From NCBI GenBank assembly GCA_024679065.1, contig JAGIQG010000008.1, forward strand, positions 48,360,001 to 48,424,000: DNA of 64,000 nt. The letters run 5' to 3'. Numbering within the stretch: the stretch's first letter is position 1; each line of letters begins with the position of its first letter. The stretch comes from Sphyrna mokarran. Lineage: Eukaryota. This document shows positions 1 to 13,529 of the stretch, one piece after another. The notes below the pieces were generated by a model. The model had not been told where the DNA came from and did no database searches. It saw only the letters and a list, made by a program, of their open reading frames with translations. The position numbers were made by a program, and so were the translations under genes.

Positions 1-954
1 TCCTACACTGATAGTTAGTCAGTGCCCCAGTGGTCAAGCTCAAAAGGCTTTGCCTCCGCCAGCTAATATGCATCCTCAGCAGTGGTCCTGGTCAATAATA
101 CATACTCTTTCTGGACAATATATTTCTAATATTAATGGATGAATACTCAAAGTGGCTGGATGTCCAGCTGATGAAGTCCACGATGCCACTGCCAACACTG
201 AGAAATTGAGAAAAACCTTTTCCATTCATGGGATCCCGGAGGTCCCGGAAGTCTTAATGTCAGACAATGGCATATCGTTAATGGTGGAGGAGTTTCAGAA
301 ATTTAGGTCAATGCCTGATCGCCCAACTTCAGGTGTGTTTGTGGAATATGCTGTGCAAACTTTCCATGTTTCACTGAAGAATCTCTACCTTTATGGATTG
401 CCAGCTTTTTTCCCTGTCTTTTAACAGCATGCAAAATGTGACCATGAGGGTCACGCCAGTTGAGTTGATAATGGGAGACTGTTTAAGGACACATTTGGAT
501 ATGATATTCCCAGATTTTTGGTGGGGAGAATGGAGGCTAGGTAACTCTCTCAGAAAGAAAATCATGACTCAAGGAAGAATGACAGAGTTTTTCAAGTTGA
601 GGATTTAGTCAAGGTCAGAAATTTTGCTGAAGGACCAACATGGGTGGCTGGTAAGATTGTGGAAAGGACAGGACTAGTCTCCTATATTGTAAAGGTACAA
701 GGACGTCACATCAAGAAACATGTAGAGGGTCACATGGTCAGACCGAACCAAATGGAATGTCAAAGTGGGGAGCTGAGCCAATCGAGTGGAAGGGGGCATT
801 CCCGGATGGGAGTTATCCTCTGTTTGAGCAAGAGAGGAGTCATTTACAGTCACGTAGTTATTCTATCTCACTCTGTTTGTAAATATTGTTATTTGTCTAT
901 TCATAATAAAGTCTTTGGATCTTAAGCCTCATTGAGTCACTCTCAATTTATTAC
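1..954 (+). mobile_element. Decayed Gypsy-type LTR retrotransposon 3' end (integrase remnant, polypurine tract, partial 3' LTR)
   Basis: Broken frames give integrase motifs (MDEYSKWLDV, EKLRKTFSIHGIPEVLMSDNG, TPVELIMG..LRTHLD, W..GKIVERTGLVSY.V). Purine tract AGCAAGAGAGGAG at ~826-839, then an AATAAA-containing segment ending TTACA at ~954. Confidence 0.75.
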
Positions 955-1301
955 ACTGGTGGATTGGAGGTGCAGTAGGGTTAGCTACAGTGAAGGTGTC
1001 CTGTTTGTCACTTCAGGAGCCAACAGGCTCTGTATCAGTGAAGTAATCTTGTGTGTGGTTGTGATGTGCTACTGTTCACTCAGGGAGTCTGGGTGTTGTG
1101 GTAACATATACTTCCACATGCACATTGGAGCTATGGATAATGGATGACCAAATCTCCAACTTTTCTTCCATCTCACTGCTGACCAGGAATTACTCCCACT
1201 CTTCCCATCTACTATTGGCATGTGTTGGAAGGATTGCAGATTGAGTCTCACCTACTTGGCTGCATGATAAATGCAGATTTGTGGCCATGAAGCCCTGGGA
1301 T

Positions 1302-1605
1302 GAGAAATGGTGATGCAGTGGTAACATTACTAGATTGGTAATCCAGAGGCCAGGCTAATGTTTTGGGGACATGGGCTTTAAAATTTAGATTCAATTACTA
1401 AATCTGGAATATAAAACCTAGTTTTTTAAAGAGGGAAATTTGCTGTTCCTTACATGGCCTGGCCTACATTTACCTCCAGACCTACAGCAATGTGTCTGAT
1501 TCGGAGCTATCCTCTGAAATGCCTATCAAGCCACACACTTCAAAGGCGTTTAGGCTTGGGAAACAAATGCTGGCCTTGCCAGTGATATCCACATCCTATG
1601 AAATT
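1302..1605 (+). mobile_element. tRNA-headed SINE, family B (tail shared with the LINE at 4975-6170)
   Basis: Matches the copy at 62192-62523 and ends in ..GGGAAACAAATGCTGGCCTTGCCAG..CACATCC. Confidence 0.7.
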
Positions 1606-2399
1606 ATTTTTAATAAATCTATAGTGTCTGGCTAGAGGCAGGTATGACGACCCACTGTGTCACAAGACCACCAATATCTTGTATGTTGGAGAAGTCCTGC
1701 AAACAAACATGAAATAGAAAGGCACATATTGAGAATGCAGTCATGATATACATACCCATGGACATTACATACAAGTGCCACAAACAATTGCTCGGCAACC
1801 TGCTTTATTTTTTTCTGCTGGCCCATGCTAAGCCCCTACAATTTTACCGTTCTTTAGCTGTTGGGCAAGTATATCTACCAGGCACACATTATTGAGCTCC
1901 TTACAATTAAAGATCACAGCATAATGTAACATCGTGGCACAGTAGTTAGCAATGCTGCCTTATAGCAAATGCTATTGGAAAAATCCATTTGATGGCATCA
2001 GGGTATTGAAAGGAAAGGGAGTGATGTTATTTCTCTCACCTCAGCCAACTGATTTCCAATGGGCACTAGGGTTAAGTTAGACCTTTTCTTTGGCTTTTGT
2101 GATAGCCACCTAAAATAAGCACTATGTTAGTGAATAGTTCAGCTGTTGTTTCAGGACCTCTCTGGGAAACTGGGCTTCCCTGACCAGAATGGGCTCTGCA
2201 CCTGTGCTTCTCAGGTGTGGTTGAAGCCCAGCAAACACCCGCCAACAGTTGGTAAGTATATTTTTTTCCAACATTCGATGTGGAGCCAAGTGGAGCTGCA
2301 GTGTTTTTCCAAGTTCTACAGCATGTCTGAAGGACATTGCTGGCCCAAGTTCATTCCACCTTGGCACCTAGTAACAGTGGCACAGGCTAGGCTGGAGAT

Positions 2400-4680
2400 T
2401 TGGAGTAGCAAATCACTCGACATTGCTCTCAGTGACCTCACTAAGGCATTTGATTTTGCTGGCTGAAACAGACTTTTTAAATTGTTTTGGAAAATAGGCT
2501 GACTCTGGGACTCCTGGGTGCCATTTCTCTTTCCCATGTGAACATGCACAACTCCATTAGTTACAGTGGAGCAACAGCAGAAGATCAGCAGCGAGATAAG
2601 ACAGGATTGTGTATCGGTGCCAACTCTCTTTGTCGCAATCTTCTCTATTGCATGTGGGTGCTCACGTAGGTGTCCAAGTCCATGAGTTACTGTTCATTGA
2701 TGACACTGCACTGACATCCCATACTGAATATCGCTTGCAATAGAAAGTTCACAATTTGCGAGGTGCATGTGTACGTGCGTGCATGTACGCGATAACATAT
2801 TATGGACACAAGATTGAATGGCTGGCACAAAACAGAGAGTTTGTATAAATGAGGTCTTTGTCTGATTGGCAGGATATGATGAATGGAGGGGTATGTGCTG
2901 TGCTTTCACAATTTACATCAATGACTTATTTAAGGGGAGCAAAGACATAGTCGCTAAATTTGCAGAAGACACAAAGATAGATAGGAAAATACATTCCAAA
3001 GAGGGCATAAGTAGCGGGTATAAATAGATTGAGTGAGAGGCCAAAGGTTTGGTAGATGGAGTATAATGTGGCAAATGTGAGGTTGTTCACTTCGGCAGAG
3101 AGAATAAAAAAGCAGAGTGTTACTTAAACAGAGAATGAATTTTGAGATGCAGAGGGATCTGGCTGTTATAATGTATGAGTCACAAAAAGAAGGCTAATGG
3201 AATGCTTTCCTTTATTACAAGAGAAATTGAACATGAAAGTGACAATATTTGGCTTCAGTGAAGCAGAGCATCGATGAGACTATGTTTCAAATACTGTGTA
3301 CAGCTTTGGACTTCTTTCTTAAGAAAGGATGAAAATACATTGGAGGCAATTCAGACGAGCTTTACTATATTAATTTTGAATTGAGCACATTGTCTTATTA
3401 AGATAGGTTGGATGTACTGGCTTTGTTTCCATTGGGGTTTAGTGGCGACTTGATTGGAGTTTATAAAATCCTGAATGGTCCTAACAAGGTGAACGTGTAA
3501 AGGATGCTTCCCCATTATGGGTGAGTCCTTGCACTAGGGAGCACTGTTTTAAAATTAGGAGTCATCCTTATAGGACACAGAGATGAGGAGAATTTCTTTT
3601 CCCTGAGAATTGTGCAACTTTGGAACACAGAAGGCAGTAGAGGTGGGGGTCATTGAATATTTTTAAGACAGATTCTTGTTAGGTAAGGGAATCAAAAATT
3701 ATCAGGTGTAAATGAGAATATGGAATTTGAAATACAAACAGATCAGTTGTGATCTTATCGAATGGTGGAGCAGGCTCGAGGAGCTGAATGACCTATTTCT
3801 GTTCTTATTTTGTATGTTCATAACAATTAGTAGATCAATTCTCCCAAGCTTGTAAGGAGCTTGGACAGACAATCAGTATCAGGAAGACCAAAGTTGTGGG
3901 CCATGTCATGGAGACTTTACCTTTAATTATCAGCATTGTTTTTTTAGGATGTCACTGACAGCTTCTCATGCCTTAGATCACCAGCAATCTCTCCCTTCAT
4001 TCCAATATCAACACCAAGATTGCCATGGCCACAGCTGATATGCAATGTTGAGAGGCTGTGTGCTGACTGAAAATACAAATCTCTGTATTCTCAGCATCTT
4101 TCTTTACAGCAGTGAGGCATGAACAACTTCAGCAAACTAAGAAAAATGGCTGAATAACTTCCATCTCTCATGCCTCGGATGACTATTGATCAGAATGCCA
4201 GAAATACATCAAGTTAGAGGGAACTCCAAAGTATTTGTCCCTTGAATCAGCAGTGACTCCATTGTTTGGGCCATGTGAGCTGAATCAATGATAGCTACAT
4301 TCTCAGACACAATGATGAGCTTGCTTTGGGAATGAGTCCAACAGCTCCTCCAGGTCGGCAATATGAGACCACCTACAGCAACACCTCAAGTTGACTGAGA
4401 TTGGAGTCGATGCACGCAATATCTTAGTTGCTGACTGGAATGCCTGAAGCCAAGCAGTCAGGAAGGATATGGAAAAAGCAGAAGGAGAAAAGAAATGGCC
4501 AGATGGCAAAAACGAAAGCCCATCAGAAACGAACAATCTTCTGTCAACTTTGGACCAGCACTATTTGTCTGTGCCGGCTTTGGAAGGAATTGACGCTCAT
4601 GAATCACTCTCTCTGTGGCCACAAGAGACAATGTTCAGCACAATGCCTCACTTCTTGAAGTGAATGGATACCTACTACAA
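2400..4680 (+). mobile_element. Degenerate RTE-clade LINE, split by a CR1 insertion
   Basis: DLTKAFD at ~2434 and FIDDTALTSHTE at ~2695. Resumes at ~3840 with SQACKELGQTISIRKTKV and has a C-terminal Cys/His remnant near 4570-4635. Confidence 0.65.
2860..3820 (+). mobile_element. 5'-truncated CR1 LINE (RT C-terminus and 3' tail) nested in the RTE copy
   Basis: YINDL..KFAEDTK, KCEVVHFG, YCVQLW motifs and the CR1 terminal hairpin GAGCAGGCTCGAGGAGCTGAATGACCTA. Confidence 0.8.
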
Positions 4681-4974
4681 CAGCCCAAAGGCTGGCATTG
4701 CTCTACTAGTATCTAATCTAACTATTGGTCTTTGTGTGGGATAATGAGTGTAAGCAGGGTATGAAACTGCATTGTCCACTTCAGTCCACCAGCCACAATT
4801 GTGTCTGTGGACATTAAACTACAGCAGAGATCATTGGATGATGATTAGGGGCAGGAAGACTCTGATTTTCAAGCTCCCTTACCCTGGGGATGCTGAGGCC
4901 CATTCCAATATTCACACCGCTGAGCTTTTCCTAATGGATTCCATAATGGCCTCAGTTTGAGTTTCCCACTGTCA

Positions 4975-6170
4975 TTCAGCTCTTGACCTCATTACAGCCT
5001 TGGTTCAAACATGGACAACAGAGCTGAATTCCAGAGGTGAGGCAAGAATAACTGCCCTTGACATCAAGATCGCATTTGACCAGGCACGGCATCAAGGAGT
5101 CCTAGCAAAACCGGAATCAGGGAGCAAACCATCCGCTGGTTGGAGTTATACCTGAAACATAGGAAGATAGTTGTGATTGTGGGAGGTCAGTCATCTCAGC
5201 TCCAGGACATCTCTGCTGGCATTCCTCAGGATAGCGTTCTAGGCCCAACCATCTCCAACTGCTTCTTCAATGACCTTCACTCTGTTATAAGGTCAGAAAT
5301 GGGGATATTCACTGATCATTGCACAATGTTCAGCACCATTCGTGACTCCTCAGATACTGAAGCAGTTCATGTTCAAATGCAACAAGATCTGGACAAATGT
5401 CAAATAACACTCACATCACACAAATGCCAGGCAATACCCATCATCAATAAGAGACACTCTAACATTTGCCCTTGGCATTCAATGGAGTAACCATCACTGA
5501 ATCCCCCACTGTCAACATCCATGGGGTACAATTGACCAAAAACTCAACTGGACTCACCACATAAACACAATGGTAAATAAGTAGGTCAAAGCATAGGAAT
5601 ACTGCAGTGAGTAATTCACCTCCTAACTCCCAAAAGCCTGTCTGCAAGGCACAAGTCAGGAGTGTGATGGAATACTCTCCACTTGCCTGTTTGGGTGTAG
5701 CTCCAATAACACCCAAGAAGCTTGACACCATCCAGGACAAAGTAGCTTACTGATTGGCACCACATCCACACTCACTCCATCCGCCATGACACTCAGTAGT
5801 AGCGGTATGTACTATCTACAAGATTCATTGCAGGAATTCATCAAAGATCCTCAGACAGCACCTTCCAATCCCACGACAACTTCCATCCAAAAGGACAAAG
5901 ACAACAGATACCTGAGGACAGCACCACCTGCAAGTTCTCCTTCTAAGCCACTTACCATCCTGACTTAGAAATATGTTGCAATTCCTTCTCAGTCGGTGGG
6001 TCAATATCCTGGAATTCCCTCCCTAACACCATTGTGGATCAACCGACAGCATGTGAACTGCAGTGTTTTAAGAAGGCAGCTCACCACCACCTTCTCAAGG
6101 GCAACTAGGGATGGGCAATAAATGCTGGCCAGCCAGCAGCACCCATGTCCCACGATTGAATGAAAAAGAT
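4975..6170 (+). mobile_element. CR1-like LINE fragment (DIKAAFD-type RT and 3' UTR)
   Basis: ALDIKIAFD and ORF 5140-5490 with GIPQDSVLGPT and FTDHCT. 3' end CTCAAGGGCAACTAGGGATGGGCAATAAATGCTGGCC. Confidence 0.8.
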
Positions 6171-6479
6171 ATTCCAAACATTTTTGCTCTAGGATTAAAA
6201 AAAAATGTAAAGGCAAATTATCCATAACTCTGGGATACGGGGCTAGGTAGGATTGTTGTAGATGTAGACTTGAAGGGCTGAATGACCTTTTTCTGCATAG
6301 TCAGTGTTCTGATTCTATAAAATAGATAGAATTTTATGTCCTGGTCAGTTTTACAAAATGAAGTGATTTTCCCTCTGCCATTTCACACACTCGGAATTGA
6401 ATATTAGCAGTTGATCAGATGTAGTCTGATTTTAATTGAATGACTGTAATTGTTGAGCTAATTGTTTATTGCACATATG

Positions 6480-7480
6480 ACTTTACAGAATGAAGAAGTA
6501 AGGATTATAACGTGTGTCTTAAAGAAATTAGCAATGAAGCTCATAGGCTGCTCAAAGACCTTGAACATTCCAACCAGCAACTAAAGCACATTTATGTGCA
6601 GACTAATCCTTTGTCTTGGTGGTAGTTTTCTTTCAAAGGGCCCTTTTGAGTCTGCGGCCTGTGATTATTGTGACAGTGATCGTTTGGAATGATAAGGAGC
6701 TTTATCGTCAAAAAAGTTGACTTGGTAACTAAGCCAAATGACAACAAACCAGTAGTCTCTCTAATTAACCAGGTACATGTCACTCCCTTGTAATACCTTT
6801 CACAAAGCTACAACCTTCCGAAAAAAATAAGTGTTTTTACTGCTGGCAGCTTGACAACGAGGGAAGGGATCTAAACCGCAAAGAATGTGAAAGTTGGAAA
6901 GGTTGGACATTTTGGACCATAGTTTCCTCTGTTCAGTGGTTTTAATGAGAAAGCTGATTTGACTAAAAACTACTGCATCATTAGAAATAAGTGCTAATGC
7001 ACCACAATTCTCGTAACTCTCCAAAAATGGATTAGCAGACATGAGCGGGAAAAAAATTGATTGACTTATACTTGTTAAGGCCTTGTTATTAGCCTTAATT
7101 TGAAAAAGAAATGCCCAAATTGCAATGAAATTGCAAAATGACATTTTGCCCCATTTAGATCAGGTCAGAGCTGGCTTTAGAGTTTCTAAATGAAAAATGT
7201 TAAAGTAACACCACAGCAGGAATGAGTAGTCATGTAGGGTGAAAACGTGATTGGAAATGGCAGGAGCTTCTGATGGTTTTATCCGAATCCCTTCTTTTAA
7301 CTGATGCTCGTAAGAAAAACCTGAGACAGAACAATTGGAGAAAAGAGAAACTGTTACTTCTGTTTGAAAAAGTGCATGTCCAACAAATGCAATCATCAAG
7401 CAAGTCGAATGGGATTGCTGCCAAATTGCCTCTAATAGTAAGATTTTGTCATCTAATCTCCAGCAGTACTTTCACCTGGT
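6480..7480 (-). pseudogene. Putative very old LINE (L2/CR1 group) ORF2 RT fossil
   Basis: Degenerate RT motifs occur in the correct order on the minus strand (see findings). Confidence 0.45.
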
Positions 7481-7696
7481 GCTAAGTATGAAACATCTTT
7501 CCTATAAAGCTTTCAAAGTTTCATATTAAGATCACTAGGAAAGCTGAACAAAAAGGCCTGTGTGCACTCCAATTTCGTGAATTAGCAAATGTATATTGTT
7601 CATGGGGTCGGGGAGTTGTGAGCACTACTATTGGACTCTGTTTCACAGTGACTGGGAATCCCAAGCCCCATCGGTACACAGTGGGGGTGACAGTGG

Positions 7697-8823
7697 GGGC
7701 AGATTTTCATCTGAGAGGCTCTCTGTTGAGGTGGAAATCTGGAAATGGCTGAAATACTTATGTCCCACTCCTGAGCTTAGTGGGACAGGAGTCAGGCCAA
7801 GATTCAAGCATTTGTGAATCATAGACGAGCTGGCCATTTAAATTTCCAGCTCCCTCTGCTGATTTCCAATTTTTGTACCCCAGCTACAAAAATCCAGCAA
7901 TGTGCAGAGTATCCAGATAAAAGTAGGTATGAAATTGATAGATTCCTTGGATTATCATCAGAGAGATAAGGCACTCTTTTGGATAGGGTCGTGGACACAT
8001 TTGAGAGAGGTAAGGCACACTTTGGGAAAAGTAGGGCACCATCTGAGGCAGGTATGGCACCCTTTGGGATTGTTAATGTTAAATGCGATTATGTACTTTT
8101 TATGCACAGACTCATTGGAACTGTTAAGCAGTCAAGGAACTGTGCAATTGTCAAGCAATGTCCAGTCGTCACAGAATTGTCTAGGAACCATCCAGCTATC
8201 AATGAATTGTCTGACTGTTGAGCAAAGCTGTCAAGGCTGTTCAAGAAGTGTCAAAGCTGTCCAGGAAATGCTCGTACTGTCAAGGTACATTGAAGGATAC
8301 CAAATAAGTACGTATGGCTGGAACAAGGGCAAAGGATAGTGGGAGGGCCTGGCACAAGTTGGCATTAAATTGACATAAGGTGTGTGGGGCCATTGGCAGT
8401 AGATAAAGAGACATGAGTTGGCATGGGACTATGAGGGACAGTTAAGGATAGTTTGGAGCATGGATTGGCATGTGTGGGGAGCCATGAGGGATGGGTGAGG
8501 GAATGACTTGGCATGAACGGCGCACATGAAGTGTGCATGAGTGAGGCAAATTAGGTTTGAGGGCTGGAAGAATGTGTTTTGTTTTATTATTTGTTTTATT
8601 TATTTAAGGAGTACTGAAGCACAGTGGTAGGCCTTCTACCTAGCCCACCTCCACACCAAGCAGTCTCCACACTTGTCTGGGGTTGGCCACCCTGACTTTT
8701 CCAGCACCCCCCCATCACCGACTGAAAATCTGACCCCTGAGTGGACATTTTTAAAAGTTGGTTTCGCTGAGTCAGAAAAATCCTCGGCTCGGCGATCTCA
8801 ATCTGGAAACAAAAATCTGCGTC
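7697..8823. mobile_element. Non-autonomous DNA transposon, probably Harbinger-like
   Basis: Imperfect TIRs GGGCAGATTTT / AAAATCTGCGTC; interior resembles the element at 56797-57707. Confidence 0.45.
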
Positions 8824-9896
8824 TGGGATTTATCCCTTTTTGCTGTTGTCTCTCTCAAAAATTGAAAAATACTCCTCTGATAAATCTGCTGTTTTTATAC
8901 TGGGCTTTAAGTGCCATTCTGTTAATGGATTACTATTCTGAACATCCGCTTTGGAGAGGGGGGTGGAATTATCCAGCTGTTCATGCTGGCAGGATTTTCC
9001 AGTCCTTTTGCAGTGAATGGAGATTTGGCTCAGCACCAAATTTTCCTTGCTTACTGGCAGTAACAGTGGGGCATGAATGGCTGGTAAGATTGCGGCCATG
9101 GTGTTGTTATGTTAGATTAACTATTGCTGGATAATTAGGCTAAGTACATTTTAGTAATATTTAATTGTTGTATGTTCAGTGTGTTCGGTGTGCTGATTAT
9201 TCTCTTAGCTTCTTTGTTTTGATGGATTTGTATTCAACGTGTACTGGTAAATCATTATTTAAAATGCAGAATGTACTAGATCATTTACTTATGGGCCCAT
9301 GCCTTCCAATTGTAATAGGAGGGAACTTCTACCCACCACAGAAATTCCTTCCTTGATGGTTAATTCTTTGACTCTGTGCTGCACACAGGCTGTCTGGACT
9401 TGGCTGGCACTGGCATTAGACATTTTGGCATCAGACTGGATTTGAAGCCCCCTCTGGGTCTGGAGCTGAAAATAACTCCACCAGCCAGCGTGTTGATTTC
9501 CTGTCTCCATCCTGCCTCTGGACCATTTTTGTGGAGTAGGGTTTGGGAATGGCTTACTGGGCTTGCATGCCAGTATAAAATAGACAGCCAGCACACCAAG
9601 TTAGCTGAATGAATCTACTCCAACTGAAATTTTCCCAGTTGGCCTCCAGCAGTGGCACCATCCGCTCTTGGAGCTGGTGGCAAGCTGGGTGAAGGGAGTG
9701 GGGGAGGGGGGGGGTGTTTGTGAGAGGGGCAGTACTAATGGCACTGCCTACCTGCCGGGTGCAGTCAAAGACACTGGTTACCATGGATGGGCTTCCCGCA
9801 CCCCTACAGAAGTAAACTTTCTCCAAAAGCAACTTATAAATTTGGATTTTAAAACACTGGAGAGAAGTTTCTCCATCTATTCTTAACCAGCAGATC

Positions 9897-10248
9897 TTTT
9901 TGTTTTAATTCTTTCATGAAGGCCAATGTTTGTTGCCCATTCCTAACTACCCTCTAACTGGGTGGCTTGTCAGAGGGCAGTTAAGAGTCAACCACCTTGC
10001 TGTGGGTCTGGAGTCACATGTAGACCAGATTGGTAAGGATGGCAGATTTCCTTCCCCAACGGACATCAGTGAACTAGGTAAGTTTTTTTCTAATAACAAT
10101 TGGTGATTGTTTCGTGGTAACCATTACTGAGGATAGTTTTATATTCCAGATTTAATTAATTGAAGTTAAAATTTCACCAATGCCGTGGTGGGAGTTGAAC
10201 CAATGTCTCCATTAGCCCAGACAGTTGTATTACAAATCCAGTGATTGC
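9897..10248 (-). mobile_element. SINE family B
   Basis: Reverse complement of the 62192-62523 type (GGATGGCAGATTTCCTTCCC, GGGAGTTGAACC B-box). Confidence 0.75.
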
Positions 10249-10877
10249 TCTCTTCTCTCAAGCTGGGAGACCGCTGACAGGCCCTCCAGCTTTAAGAGAC
10301 GCCACCGCCTTCATTCAATGATGAGCCTGTGTTGAAGCCACACACTCCCCACTCCCCCACTCCATGAAAATCACACTGAACGACTATATAGCTGGAGGCA
10401 GATTTGGCCCTGGAAACAGTCCCAATGTTTGTTTTGTGTCTCTGGAGAGAAAATCCTGCCTGGAGCCTTGATGCAGTGGGAGGAAGATGACACTTGCTGA
10501 GGTGCAGAGCAAAGCAAAACAGATTCATTCTTTTTGTGAACCTTTCTTCATTACTGTTTAGGTTGGTGTCTGGATATGAAGCAAATACACATTCATGGCT
10601 CCTCTTATCATCTTTTTCTTATGTTTGAAAGTTGAACATATTGAAACGGAGAAACATGTGGTAGGGTTTGTTTTTCCATTTGCTTATATAATTTGTGCGT
10701 GCCCAATCACCCACCCTTGTGAGCATCTTTTGGGGCTGCTCTCCACAAAATTGTGAGCCTTGAAATGTATCCCTGAATTACTGTCCAACTGCAGGTTGCA
10801 GGATTGACAAACCAAGGTCAGAGGCCATTTTGCTATTCTATGCCGCTCTGTGAACAGCTCATTATTTTAGAAAGACT

Positions 10878-11015
10878 GGGCAGAATTTTCCTGTCCCTCC
10901 CCGTCACAGGAATAGTAGTGGAAGGGACAAAAAGTTTGGTGGACCATGCAAAAGGGCATTGGCCTTGGGCAGAAATTGCCAGCTTTGGGGTGAACATTGT
11001 CAGAAAATCGCACCC
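10878..11015. mobile_element. Short MITE with GGG..CCC termini (relatives at ~24255-24355 and ~26040-26129)
   Basis: GGGCAGAATTTTC ... GAAAATCGCACCC termini; the related ending CAGAAAATCTCACCC / CAGAAAATCCCATCC recurs at the other two loci. Confidence 0.5.
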
Positions 11016-13089
11016 AAGTAAAGTGGAGAATTCCATTCTCCAAGCTGCGGCAGCCGAGTCGGTAAAATTCCGGCAATTCTGTTTGTGGATCATTTTTCAG
11101 TGTACACTGTGACTGATTGCAATTCGCTTTCGAGAACTGTAATTTCAGACAGGAAACATTCCGAGATTGTTCATTCCTATATTTTGCAAAAAAAAGAAAA
11201 TGGGCCTCACCTAATTTTGTTCCCGATAGGGGACAATATGGCCTCTAAATGGGTATCTTATGAAACTATTTTAGTTTAGCCAACTCGACATAGCAATTCT
11301 CTTGTGGTTTGAGTTGATGCCAATTCTGACTAAACCAATTTTTTTTTATTGCAACATTTTTCAACAATTATTCTTCACTTGTCTGACTTTGAGCAAAGTT
11401 ATATCTTAAGACAATAAAATTCCACTAAGATTTGTACAATGACGATAAAAACGTTTTAAAATAATTTATTAATGAAAGACATCTGTGCCAGCAATCATTT
11501 GGAAGCATGTCCTTGCCAAGAAATTATTCTTTTCATGTCTAATCTTTTTAACCAGTCCTTATTTCATGAACGATGATATTTTGTTGGGTTAAAGTGTTAA
11601 AAGAAATTCTTTGATAATAATGCATCAGTAACTTTCAATCATTTATCTGGCTTAGAATAACACTGTCATCACTGTAGTGTACTAAATGCTATTATCTATT
11701 TTACCAGTATAGCCTAATTGCACGTAACAGTCACGAAATGTGAAAAACTAAGTGATGCTGCCAGCGGGAAACCCAGAGTGTTTCACATTGGCTCTGGCAG
11801 CACTTGCTAGGTGGTATTAAACCACCTTTAGTAGTTAAAAAAATATTTAAAGCCAGGAAGCACACTAGCCAGCCCAACTTTCCAGAATTAGGAGTGCTAT
11901 CTTTAAAGGGTGTCTGATCCCGCCGCGCCACTCCTCCCTCCCCCAGCACCAATACCCATGGCAGTGACACTCTGGGGTGACTGATTTCAGTGTGTATCAC
12001 TGTCAGGGTATCACTTATCAGTGTATCACTGCCAGGGTATCATTGCCAGGATGGCGGGGGGGAGAGGTGCCACCTCTTCAATATCATTGCCAGGAACAGG
12101 GGCAGTGGTGCCAGCCTTTTCTATGTCATTGTCAGGGGCAGGAGGAATGGTGGCAACCTGTCTATGGCTGAAAGCAATCTTGAATGCAGACGTACTCTTC
12201 CAGACAAGAGGTTGAAGAAAACCATTATAAAAAACAGTGAGCCCAAGTTGTCAGAAGAAAACATAAGCTGATTTTAAAAAGCTGCAGTTATACAAGAGAA
12301 AGTACTTCAAATTCACTCAGCTGTGAAAGGAAACAATCACAAACAAAGCTGTAAAATTGCCTGGACCCATCAGTCAGGAAGATCTTTAAAGGTACTGAAG
12401 TGTGAAATTAAATATAAATACAGTATTTCAAAGCCTTTCAGCTTTCTAGGAAGGCCCAGAGATTAGAAAAAAAGAAACTACAGTGTTAAAAGGTTAAGGC
12501 AGTTGTGGTGAAAAAAGCAAGAATTTGAGGCTTACTGGAGTGTGCATCAATTGACAATGAACTGCCAATCAAAGCAGTTCAAAGTGGCCAGGCTGAACCC
12601 ACAGCTCATTCAGGCTATGGAGGAGAATCTCCCCAATGTAACTGCCATCTCCTGTCAGTTAGAGGACTCAAAAGTGTTTGTTCACACCCTGGGACTTCTG
12701 AGAGAAAACAAGGGAAGCCCCATATCCGCTTCAAAGATTTCATTGTATACAGACAAGAGTGAAGATTTTTAATAGAAAGTTTCCTGAGAGATCACCTCGC
12801 TAAGAGTGATCTCCACTTTTCCCAGGGCAAGAAGGGGAAGTCCAGCCGTAAGGTTCCCATCCCGCAGAACCTTGCATTGGGGATGGTGGAAGCATCCCAG
12901 GAGGCCGGAGAATCAGGCTTCCAGCTCATCAATGACGTTTAAATTAGGAAGTATGCAAATGTGGTTCATGCTTGCTGTGTGGGAACCAGATCAAGGCTGG
13001 TACAGTGGTCAGGCTGACAGCCAGGCAGAATCCCATTTTAGCCCTCATGCCTGTTTCAATGGGTTAGCGTAAGTCCCGCTAGCAGGGGT

Positions 13090-13425
13090 GTTGGACATAT
13101 CACTATGTGGCAGAGTGTGGGATAAGTAGCTATATGATAGGGGGAATGGGATAAGTTACTGTATAGCAGGAACTGGGATAAGTTGCTATATGGCGGGGGG
13201 TGGGATAAGTCACTGTATGGCAGGGAAATGGGATACATTGCTGTATGGCAGGGGGTGGGATATGTTGCTGTATGGCAGGGGGTGGGATAAATCACTGTTT
13301 GGCAGAGGGTGAGTTAAATTGTTGTATGGCAGGGGGGTGGGATAAGTTGCTAGATAGCAGTGGGTGGAATAAGTTGCATTATAGTGCGGGTGGAATAAGT
13401 CGTTGTATGGTAGGGGGATGGGAAC
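13090..13425. repeat. ~25-bp minisatellite
   Basis: About a dozen imperfect units of GGGGTGGGATAAGTTGCTGTATGGCA. Confidence 0.85.
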
Positions 13426-13529
13426 CAAAGGGTTGATTTTGATGGATCAGATTCAGATCAAGCAATCTGGGGTAGAATATTTGTTAGTGATGTAGTGGAA
13501 AAACAAAGAAAATGAGGGTTAAATAGTGT

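Noticed and set aside
6489-6625. Plus-strand exon-like frame after TTTACAG (SKDYNVCLKEISNEAHRLLKDL..)
   Set aside because: Every frame contains a stop, no protein is recognised and there are no partner exons; it lies antisense to the putative RT fossil.
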